Shown: piece by piece, positions 12,838 through 23,718 of the stretch
How positions within the stretch are numbered: the first letter of the stretch is position 1
Layout: the number at the start of each line of letters is the position of its first letter
Assembly: GCF_009914755.1 (NCBI RefSeq)
Contig: NC_060937.1
DNA from: the human T2T-CHM13v2.0 reference genome, Homo sapiens
DNA length: 64,000 bases
Direction: 5' to 3' (one strand)
Notes under the pieces: generated by a model
Databases searched by the model: none
Seen by the model: the letters and a program-made list of their open reading frames with translations, nothing else
What the model was told of the DNA's origin: nothing
Translations under genes and position numbers: made by a program

Positions 12838-13390
12838 TGTGAGTATGTTAGGCAAAGTTATAAATTAGTTCCAAACTCTCAGCAGCTTAACACAATCAAG
12901 GTTTATTTCTTACTCATATTACATGTCTATTGTTATTCTCCATATATTTTCACTCAAGGATCAGGCAGCTCTCTTTCACCATGTAATCTCTGTATGTACT
13001 GGCACCCCTTCACCTTCCACCGGGAGTGGAAGTAACCTGAAACCCTCAAGAATTGGATGCTGGTGCCATGCTTTTTATACAGCCTGCAGAACAATAAGCC
13101 ATATAAACCTCTTTTCTTCATAAGTTAAGGAAGACCGTTGCTTGTGACTCCTCGTGTCCAATTCTTAGCTTTCAGTGTCACTGTGGAAGGAAGGAGTAAA
13201 CATGGAGCACTCATAGCAGCTATGAAATGGCTTACCCAAACTGGGCACACATTGCTTCCACTCATAGCTCACTGGCCAGAACTTATCACATCCCTCCCAT
13301 TCCTACTGCCTGTAAGAGATTAAAACATGTAGACCTCTCTTATACCCAGCAAGAAAAACCGAATCAGATCTGAACAATTAGAATAATTTT
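12838..13390 (-). mobile_element. MLT1 (K-like) LTR, interrupted
   Basis: ctctcagcagcttaacacaatcaaggtttatttcttactcat...; cacattgcttccactcatagctcactggccagaacttatcacat. Confidence 0.7.
12967..13127 (+). mobile_element. MSTB LTR internal fragment, inverted relative to 12428-12834
   Basis: ccccttcaccttccacc...cctgaaaccctca...tggtgccatgctt...cagcctgcagaac...taaacctcttttctt; lacks both LTR termini. Confidence 0.88.
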
Positions 13391-15349
13391 AGAAGAAAGT
13401 TTCAGTAGCTCATCCAAAACCCAACAGCTGGTAAATGGTGGAACTGAGATTTAAATCCAGATAAACTGGCTGCAGAGCCAGCATTGCAAACCACCTTTTT
13501 ATCATTAATATTCATTTAGAAAACATCTGATGTCATTTTATGGCCTCCATTTCTTGTTTCAAATTGTAAGCTTATGATCTGATTTTAGAATCATTTATTC
13601 CAAATATCTATTGCTCTAAAATCCAATAAACACATGGCTTCTTAAGAAACAGTTTTACCCTTATCTAATACACATCTATAAGTGAGTGCAGCTATTGAAC
13701 ATGTTCTCAGTAAATATATATTTGTGTGCAAATATAGACACACATATTATAAATTGCATACATATGTATTATATGATATGTATTACAAATATATCATATT
13801 ATATATGTATTTACACAAACATATAGACATGGTATTTACAAGAAACAGCACTGACAGTACTGTTTTTAAAAGAATCATTTTAATTGCTCATTCTCTTTAG
13901 ATTTTTAAATGTCATACTACATCTGTTACCTTATAAGGCTACTAGCCAAAAAAAGGACAAAGCATTTTGGATATTTTACCCATATTCTGAGATGATAAAA
14001 ATTCTATTTCCTCAGACTGCCAAGCAAACTTAATATTTTAGTAGCTCTAAACATTAAAGAACTCTTTGTATAGTGTCTTAAATAAATAGCAGATGGATTT
14101 CAGGTTGTCTACATTAAAACGTACATCTGCTCTGAAAAAGATATAAATGTAGAATTTTGAGCTTTCTGTTTATACCTTCAGCCTAGTGAGGAAAAACAAA
14201 CAAACAAACAAAACTTAAAGCACACATTAGATTTCAGAATAGCTTCTTGTTATTGTCTGCTCAATAGCAAATAATATGAAGATCATAAAGTCTTGAAGAA
14301 GATGTTGAATTTCTTCTGGGAGTTGTTAGAAGTGCTCTCTGGTGTGTTAAACTCATTTCAAAGGGTGCTTTCTGGAAAGAAAAACATTTTATTGCCAAAG
14401 AAATTTTAGGTATATGTGGGTTCACAAACTTCTATGGACCTGCTAGAAATAGTAGATGCAGCAATGAAGTAAATAAATCAAGATATTGAAGGTCTTGTGT
14501 TTTGTGCTTAGATACTGGTGTCTGTCTTTTGATTTGGATTAAATTTTAGCTCATTTCAACAATTATTACACTATCAGCAAAATGTTGAAATATGTAATAA
14601 CATATTACCTTTAATCTGTTATTGAATTACCATTCTGATAAATTTTCAATTTAAGATATTTTGAGGTTTTTATAATTAAATATGAACATATGTTACACAT
14701 GCTTTAAATTTTACTGAATAAGCAACAACAGAATTGAAGCAATGCAAAAATAAGTTAACAAAGGCATTTATTAATTCGCTATTATGACAAATGTAGATGT
14801 GACTTTAGAAAGCTTAATTTGCTTCTCACTGTGTTATTCCACAGGTTACAATATCATTTAGTCATCTCAAAAAAGAAATACTTTTTTCTTGTGGAATCTA
14901 TGAGACTATGACACTTGGACAATTACATACAATAGCTTTTTATTGCAAAAATACATTTTAATTACAATGTTGTACTCTTTTTGTAAAAAAGCATTTTTTA
15001 AGAGATTTAGAGCTCTGCAATCTTGATATTATTCCAGTATCTGCTACTACTGTATTTCTTCAGAGAAATAATTAGTAAAATATTGTTGTAAAACAATGTA
15101 CTACAGTAGAGAGCCTTTCTACTTATAAGTCAACAATTAATATATCACAATAGCTAAAAATAGATCTAAAATATTAATTTCATATTGAAATATACCTCTT
15201 CCTGATCACAGATTTCTAATCTTTTTTTGAGTCTGTAATAAGCTACTCTCCTGTTCTGTAGAATAATATTGGATTCTGAACTAATAGGAACAAGATAACA
15301 ACAGAGAAGAAAACCAAGTTGTGAGGAGTGTGTTTCCTCTTGGTATGTT

Positions 15350-15790
15350 TGCATGATAGTTGGTAAGGAGCTGGAAAATTTTTGGATGATTATGGTTCCT
15401 ATTTTGTCTATTTTTTTGAAAATTGGGAGAATATTTTTTAATGGGGGAAAGGTGACAAGTAATATATTACTTGTAGAATTTCATATGTCTTATTTGAGAA
15501 ATAATTGTAAAAGGGCTTAGAGAAACTCTGGAGAGAGGTTATAGTTAAAGATGTGATAATTCTATACATACAGAAGTGGCAGGTGAAACCGTGGACTTAG
15601 TAAAATCATCTAAGGAAAATGGCCAGAGGGATGAAAGAAAAAGTCAAAGGCAAAATATGGATTATAATAACAAAGAAGAATCAGCCACAAAGGGCTAAGA
15701 GGCTGAGAAAGAGTAATCAGAGAGTTAGAATTTTAAAACCAAACTAGACAAGAAGACAAATGAAGTAAACATGTCAGTAGGGAGTAAAGT
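15350..15790 (-). mobile_element. L2 fragment
   Basis: Purine-rich reverse L2 pattern: ggagagaggttatagttaaagatg...gtgaaaccgtgga...aaatcatctaagga. Confidence 0.5.
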
Positions 15791-15799
15791 ATAAATTAA

Positions 15800-16025
15800 T
15801 AGTTCTTATATGTTAAAAACTGTACCGAACTCTTTTCATACTTTATCTCGTGTCAAGTTCCCAATAATCTTTTGAAGTAATGTTATGTTCCTAATTTACA
15901 AATGAGGTGAATAAAGCAGAGAACAGCTATATTTGCTTCCTGCTGCACGTCTCATAAGTACTAGAGATGAAGTTCAAACTCCGGTATGTCCGACTGCAGC
16001 TCACACTCTTAAATTCCCCTCTCTA
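15800..16025 (-). mobile_element. MIR
   Basis: cctaatttacaaatgagg...aagttcaaactccggtatgtccgactgcagctcacactctt. Confidence 0.7.
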
Positions 16026-16274
16026 CCAGAACAGGACAAGAGCTGATGATTTTGAATTGATTTTTATTTGACTACTTTTGACTTTGGACATTATCATTGA
16101 AAAAAAGATTAGATTTAGCAGCTAGTAAAAATACATTTGGTATATTAGAACAAGGAATCCATTGAGTCTTGGGGAATTTATGAAAAAAATATTTTATAAA
16201 ATGTAATGTGAAGGAAAGAAGGTTACAAAGAAATTTATAAGAAATAATGATACACAGCAATGATCTGTATAATT

Positions 16275-16450
16275 ATACAAACTGTGAACAATAATGAATA
16301 TACTACTTAATATTTCAACGTCAGTTTTTCCTTTGATAAACTGAACATGATGCTTGAATTATTTTAGGTGAATAAATTAAGTAATATACACAAAATATCC
16401 TGTGACTATGAGTAGTACATAATAAAAGCTCCAATAAAAATAATATTTAC
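16275..16450 (+). mobile_element. MIR
   Basis: tcagtttttcctttgataaactg...agtagtacataataaaagctccaataaa. Confidence 0.55.
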
Positions 16451-16829
16451 TATCTCTCAATATGTGATTTTGCTGAGTTCTACTTTTGAAGAGTTGAGAC
16501 TAATAGAAACCAGACTGCAATATGCTGATGAATAGATGAGATATGTGCTAGTGGAAACAATGAATGTAGATTTTTTTTTTTTAATGTTTGACAATGAAAA
16601 GAATTGCATTAGGGATCCAGTTGAATGGGATGATGACAGTTAAAGAACAAAAATGTTTACAGACTAGAGAGAGAAAAAAACTAAAGATGAATAAGTTGAT
16701 AGAACAATACCTTCGAGGAGGCCTGATAAAATTGAAATCCGTTAAAATCATTGAATTTGCAGGATTCCCATGATAATTTGTTTCTTTCCCCCTTCTTTTC
16801 AACCCTTTTTAATAACAGGTACTGGAGAT

Positions 16830-17000
16830 CTTGACATAAAAGATCAGGTTAACTTTCAGAATATCTGAAACCAGGTCCACTCTCTCTGCTGTGGACTAAC
16901 GACGCGACTATGGGCAAGTCATTTGGTGTCCCAGGGTTTAGTTTATTCATTTGTATAATAGGGCAGTTGGATTAGAGAATTCCTGAAATCCTTTGCTGTT
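16830..17000 (+). mobile_element. MIR3-like SINE
   Basis: gactatgggcaagtcattt...ttagtttattcatttgtataatagggcagttggattagag. Confidence 0.65.
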
Positions 17001-17296
17001 GTTCAAACTAGTTTTGACTGATTAAAACAGGTTGTTTTTGAATTTGATACTTGTCATCTCTTTCTTTGTTCTTAACAAACACTAGTCTCCAAATATCTGG
17101 AGGAAAAAAACACAGAAAACAACACAAGAAAACCTTTACACATCCTAAGGGTGGGTGAAATTGGATAGGGAGGAAAACTTTCAGTCTTTTGCCTAGGTGA
17201 TCTCAGATGTTTATGGCCTAATTATGTATATATATAATTATTTATAATGTATACACAGAAATAGATATAAATATACTATAAATATAAATGTCAAAG

Positions 17297-17456
17297 CTTT
17301 TTCCTCCCTCCCTCTTTTTCTCCCCTTTTCTCTCTTTCTCCTTCCTTGGCTGACTCCCTCTCTCTCTTTTCTCATTCTCTTTTCTTCTTTTTCTCTCACT
17401 TCCTTCCTTTCTTCCATCCTTCCTTCATTTTTTTCTTCATTCTTTCCTTTTCTTCC
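17297..17456 (+). repeat. CT-rich low-complexity tract
   Basis: Near-pure pyrimidine run; source of ORF 17238..17471. Confidence 0.9.
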
Positions 17457-18644
17457 AAACCAGCAAGGCAAGCTATTTCCTTTACAGTGGTCTTGCTATT
17501 TCTATTACTCACTGCCTAAGTGAGAAGTTCATTTAGATTAAAATAACAGAAAAATTTTCATATAGGAAATAATGAAAATATGCAATGTAAACAATATTAA
17601 ACAAAGTTTGTTTAATAAATGCAAAGCATTAAACACTACGGAATCATCTACTTTTATGTTTTGATAATTTACAGACCTAAGATTTCCTTCTGCAGAAGAT
17701 AGGAAAGTGAGTATAAATTATCTTACTATTTCACCTTTTAAAATCAAATATTTATCCTTTAAAACCCAACATTAAACTCAGAATTATTTTATTTTAAAAT
17801 CTACTAAACATCTTACCAATCTATGTGTATAATAATTTCCAGGAAAACTGGGTAAAATTTAAACTTATTTAGGTTTGAGTTTCAGGAGACTATCATTCGG
17901 TTCAGTTTTTGATGATCAGCCACTGATTAATGCATCAAACATTTCATGTGTCCACTATGTCTGCTACTAGCAAGGTTGCAAGATTTAAACTAAAAAAATA
18001 CAAAAATGATGTCAAAATATGACCTAAATCTAGCCAGGAAGTAGACAAAACCTAACGGAGACCACTAACTTCTATAATCTTTACTAAGGCAGTCATTAAG
18101 CAATTAAATGAAGTCAGTGTCTTCCATAATGTCTTCTTCATACAGAAGACATTATCTAAAATTTCACCTACATCTCTAAATTCTGAGTAAATAAAATTTA
18201 TTTTCTTCCAAACTGAAATAAGTAAATAGATAAATTACTTTTATTCTGTATGTTCAAATGAGGTAGCTGAAGTGTTTTATGGATGAAACACTTTAGGCAA
18301 TTTCGCATATAGATATTAAATATCAATTTAATAATTTTTACTTTAAAATTTGTCCATCTTTTTTAAAGAACAGAATAGGTATTCTACACTAAATATATTG
18401 AAATATGTATTTCTTCCCAAATCATTCAGAAAATTTGAAGATCAACATCTTAGATGATTTTACAGATCATTCCAGATCTAATTCTATGATTACTGCCTGC
18501 TGTTTAAGGACATGTAATTATACCTCCATACTCACAGTCTGTACACACCTTTACACATATACACAGTAATGTACATATACATACACAAACGAAAAAAAAC
18601 CAAATGCATCCACATGCACATATACCCACATTTCTGGTTTACAT

Positions 18645-19244
18645 TGTGAAAGGAAAATAAACGTCGGGACCTCAAACTCTCTAAGGCAAAGGTAGAAGTC
18701 AATATGGGAACTACATCATGCAAACCTGCCTCCCTCACAATTCGTGTACTAGGAAATTCCTTGTGGGCCCCAAGATATCTACCTTGATACAGTCTGTTGA
18801 ATTTCACCCTGACAATGTAAATTGATAGCTTTTCTTCACAGGTATGGGACAAAGGAGAGAACTTACATCATCCCTCTGCTCACCTGAGACAATTTCATAT
18901 CTGATTGCTTCTTCTGCCTTATGTTTATTTTATCTTTTGTAAAAATGCAGATTCACTGAGCTAGATGAATGCATAAGTGACTATTCCTCTATGCCACTCT
19001 CACATGTTACAACTGATCAAAGACTCAAAATAATGCAACCAATGGCTTGCCTCTTATCTACCCACACCTTTGTAAAATTTCTTCCTCTTTCCCCAATATC
19101 TGAAATTTCCCCTTTAAATAATGAAGCCTACAAAATCATCTTTGGAGAAAGGTACAGACATGTCTCCTGAGTATGCATCCTCATCCTGGGCAAAATAAAA
19201 TTCTAAATTGATTGAGATTTGTCTCAGATACTTTTTGGTTTACG
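18645..19244 (+). mobile_element. MER4-family ERV1 solo LTR
   Basis: Starts tgtgaaaggaaaataaa..gggacctcaaactc; ends aaattgattgagatttgtctcagatactttttggtttac. Confidence 0.9.
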
Positions 19245-19883
19245 AGGTAATCATTTGTGGAGGAATAAGAAACAATACAAATTTTCCACAAAATTACTTT
19301 AGTGCATTTGCAGCAGACATTGTAAACCAAATGTTTTCAGACATATGCTGATTTGGGAAAGAGTTTTAAAGATACATTGTTTTTTAAATAAAAAAGTGGA
19401 AATCACAATGCATTTTAGATCTCCTATCCCATTAGTTCTTTTTTCAATTATTCCTTAGGAGAAATGTCTTAACATAATAGTGATTTCTGTATTGTGCTGA
19501 GGAAAAGTAAGGTCTGTGGTATGGTGCTAATATGATACAGCTGAAATGTTTAATACCATAAATCTTTCATATCATTTCTTATCATATTAACACAGGGACA
19601 GCATTCCTCTCTTGGCCAGCTTAGTTTTCCCATTGCCTGCAACTACTGGGCATTCATGAATACTTAAAAGTTGTGAAAATAAGCTCTTGTTGACTCTGCG
19701 TTATGGTTCAAGAGCTGAGGTTGAGGTTTCCTTTTTTTTTTTTCCTTGCAGTAGTTAGATCTCTCAAGGAAGATTCTATCACTTGCAATGGAGCACAGTA
19801 CCTGAGAGAAAATGGTTAGGCCTTGCCAGGTACTTCTCAGAACACTGGAGCAGGGATCTATGATATTGTTTTGTTTCCTCCAG

Positions 19884-19946
19884 TTGACTACAGAGGGCCC
19901 ACGAGCTGCAGGCAGAAACTTCACCATGTTAACGGCAAAAGAAGAA
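19884..19946 (+). other. Candidate 63-nt exon
   Basis: Acceptor ttgttttgtttcctccag| and donor gaa|gtatgt; contains ttcaccATG (19926); second strong acceptor upstream at 19750-19751. Confidence 0.3.
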
Positions 19947-20055
19947 GTATGTATATTCGGAGAGTTTTCTGTTTCTTCATTGCCAAGCTTCCTGCTGATT
20001 TTCTTGCAATTGAGGATGTAGCAATTTAACAGTTTACTATTGATCCCTCTGAAGC

Positions 20056-20073
20056 TGACAGATTTGCATAAAT
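20056..20073. promoter_or_regulatory. Adjacent TGACAG (TALE) and octamer ATTTGCAT motifs
   Basis: tgacagatttgcataaat; octamer at 20062-20069; motif match only. Confidence 0.3.
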
Positions 20074-20523
20074 ACTGTGCATAGGCACTAGTTCATTTCA
20101 TGTGTTTGTCTATGTGATTTTGTGTTATTTCTTGATTCCTTTTTGCTGAAGAAAAAAATAGCAGTAAATGAGTCTGGATTCCATTATGACTTCTAATTTG
20201 TAATTTTTTTCTTTTTGTGAAACAGACAGAAAACATATCCATTCAATACATAAAGGATGGTGCTGATAGTCCTCTAAAAGCGGAGATATAATATCTTACA
20301 AAGATACATTTTAGTTTTGAATGGTTTGTTTAATTTAATTTAAATATGGCTTAGGTAAAATTATTATATATCATGTGGATTCAGCATAGCAATGGTTATT
20401 CAATCAACTTTCATTTGTTCAATGATCACAAGCTTTTCACATTGTCCTAAACACACTAAGCACAATAAAATCAAGCTATTTGAACTTTATTAATTCACAT
20501 CCTTTCATCTTGGATAAATGTAA

Positions 20524-20903
<380 letters not shown>

Positions 20904-21034
20904 ACTTAGATATTTAATCTTTAGCCAATTTGAATTTAATATTTAAGAAGTAAGAACTACTTCAACTTCTAGTTATAGTCATTATATATCATGGGTCAAT
21001 GGTAATTTAGTACGTATAATCTTAAAATACAAGA

Positions 21035-22161
21035 TTATCATGAATTAATATGCTGCATCCCTAACAAAACCTTCAATCAAGCTGACTTAAACATTTATGA
21101 TACTTATCCCAAATAAAAGAAAACCTAGAGATCAGGTGGATTCTAGACATGACATGATTCGGGCCTCTGGTTCAACTTCTCCTTGATTTTCTTATCTGTA
21201 CGCTCCTCCTTACGTCAGCATTTTTAACTCCATCCTGATAGTCCTTCTGGTTAAGTCAAAGCAAAAAACCTAAACTAGACAAAGTTAAGCAGGCAAGAAA
21301 GAGTTTATTTAAAGCTATTGCAGTCGGAAAGAGAGAACAGATCTGAGTTCAAACTTAACTGTGGTAAAACACAAGGCAGGAGGATTTTCAAGGACTAGGT
21401 TAAGGTATATCACAGGTCATCGGTGTTTGCTAACTGACTTTGTCCAAACTACAAGTTTCTTGTATCTTCATGACAGAAGATAGTTTTGCAACTCAGAGCA
21501 AGGGAACAACAGGCGTTAGCCTCCTCCTCTCCCATGGATATTGCGAGAGAGGGACACTGTCTCCCTTGATGACTATATTTCCAAGAGATGGTTCATAGTC
21601 CTTTAGAAAGACAGTCCTGGTAGCAAAACTGGCAAAAGTCTTTTTAAAAGGTTTACATCTCAGAAGGGCTGAGAAAGGATTTATAATGAGAAGTTTTCTA
21701 AAATAAGTGTTCTAAGAAAAGGGAGGTCAGGGCCTAGAGTCAGGCAGGAGCATGTCTGAAGTTAGGTCCAGCTGAGGGGAACACTAAGGCTATCTTAATC
21801 AGTTTTACCATGATTTCCAGTAGCAATTAGGCAGCTTGCTTTATTCTTTAAGTCTCATGGGAGGGAGGAAAAAAACCTATCTTTCATCTATAGATTATAA
21901 ATTCTTCCTTATAGTCTATTTAGCAGACTCAGTCCACATGCTCACTTGTCAATGTCAATAAAGATTAACAGGACAATGTCATGTGATGACTGGCTTATGC
22001 CTGGGTTCCTGAGTCAATCGTTGGAAATAGGAATTTCATTATTGGTTTGTATTTACTCTGGATTTGACAATGGAAAGAGTATTTGAATTACATTTGGGGT
22101 CCCTTTTGAAAAACAGAAGAGAGAAATGGATTCTGGGTAGGCAAGAATCATTGTCACTACA
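21035..22161 (-). mobile_element. Old MLT1-type LTR split by MER67
   Basis: Pieces ~21035-21250 and ~21802-22161; ends gagaaatggattctgggtaggcaag...tgtcactaca. Confidence 0.6.
21254..21801 (-). mobile_element. MER67-like ERV1 LTR
   Basis: Reverse complement begins tgattaagatagccttagtgttcccctcagct...ccctgacctcccttttcttagaacacttattttagaaaac. Confidence 0.8.
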
Positions 22162-22254
22162 TCTTACTTAAAGATGTTTTTCATTTATCTATCAATTTTA
22201 TTAGATCATGTGCTTTATTTTAAAGCACTAGGATAGCATTTTAAAAAATATCTA

Positions 22255-22530
22255 TTGCTAGTCACAAAAATCCACGTACCGCATGATTCCAATTCCACTT
22301 ACAGGCAGTATTTAGAGTAACCCAATTCACAGAAACAGAAAGTAGGGACTGTGGGAGGGAGAAATGGGTAGCTGTTTAGTGATTAGTAAGTTTCAGTTTC
22401 GCAAATGGAAAAGTTCTGAAATTCGTTGCACACCGCAATGTAAATATACTTAAGAATAATGAACTGTATACTTAGAAATTGTTACGGTGATAAATTTGTT
22501 ATGCATTTTTCCTCAGTAAAAAAATTAAAA
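22255..22530 (+). mobile_element. L1MB 3' end
   Basis: gtcacaaaaa..catgattcc..attcacagaaacagaaagtag..gtttcagttt..gaactgtatacttagaa. Confidence 0.85.
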
Positions 22531-23653
22531 TCTATATAAAAATACCGAGGTAATTTGCAATGAATTAGTTTAACAGTTTCTATTATTGTCATCATTCTAT
22601 TTGTGAGGTTGTCTTTTAAATTCGTGTGTTTACATTTTGCTCATAAGGAGATTTTAATTTTAATTTTTTTATCATAATAATATAAATTATTGTAAACCCT
22701 GCTACATTGAATATGTTTTACACTTCTCTGGAAATATTTATTATGTTAATTTTTTAAAAATATTGGAGTTAATTAGTTTATCTTCATTCCAAAATGCATA
22801 AAATAGTTGCAGGAATTTAAGGCGCTACAGTGACACACTTTAAACACACAAATTAGAAAGCAGAAAACTTATTCCCTTTACAATTCTAAAACACCTTTCT
22901 ACACCTCTTACCCCACAATCATACACATATATCTTTCTGATATAAAGAGAGATACAATTTTACTATACAATATTTTATGTACATATAATACCACAAGACA
23001 AAGTTTCAGAGGTTAATGTCCATGAGAAACCTATTTTAGAACAAAGTATGCAACTTTTCTAATCATAATACATCTTCTAAAATAAATGTGAAATGTTTCT
23101 CCATTAAGATAAAATTTATGAGCTCTGGTTTATGAGTCATTAACACATTAATTTACTTCTTGAATTAAGAAGGACATATACCAGCTGGTTAAGAATTAAT
23201 AAAATTAGGTAATTATCATAATTTTTAACTTTTATTTTCTTTTTCTAGGATACAAACTTTAAAGTTACTTCAAGACTACTCAGAATACTCAGACATAGCC
23301 TATATAACCTCATTCAAATATGAAAAGCATAATTTTACCAGTAACAAATTAGTGCTTGGCAATATAATTGTATTGTTTATTTCACATACTTAATATTTGT
23401 CTAAATATTAAATTAAAATTTTAAAAAGTGAAAGTTTAGCTAGATATAATTAATCCCACTTAACTACTAACAACACTCGAATAGTTATATACTTTTGAAT
23501 ATCTGAAACTCAAGGAATAGACAAGGTGGGGGCCACAGAGAGAACTCAAAGCTGCTAGAATGTAATATTTTAACTTCATTTAGTATATTGATCAAGTTTT
23601 CTAGGTCTTAATCCTTTTTATTATTTCTTTTTTCAGGGAAAACAATTACTGAT

Positions 23654-23711
23654 TTTAAGAAAGATGTTATACATCTTTCTTAAATGGTAATATCTATGGA
23701 TATTACCATTT
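23654..23711. repeat. Two overlapping perfect inverted repeats (14-bp and 13-bp arms)
   Basis: tttaagaaagatgt-tat-acatctttcttaaa (23654-23684) and aaatggtaatatc-tatg-gatattaccattt (23682-23711). Confidence 0.95.
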
Positions 23712-23718
23712 TTTACAA

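Larger units (their letters stand above)
12380..13495 (-). mobile_element. MIR interrupted by LTR elements (pieces ~12380-12428 and ~13390-13495)
   Basis: taggtactgttattc...atagatgcaaaaatcaaggcacaga resumes as agaaagtttcagtagctcatccaaa...cagctggtaaatggtggaactgagatttaaatccag. Confidence 0.7.
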
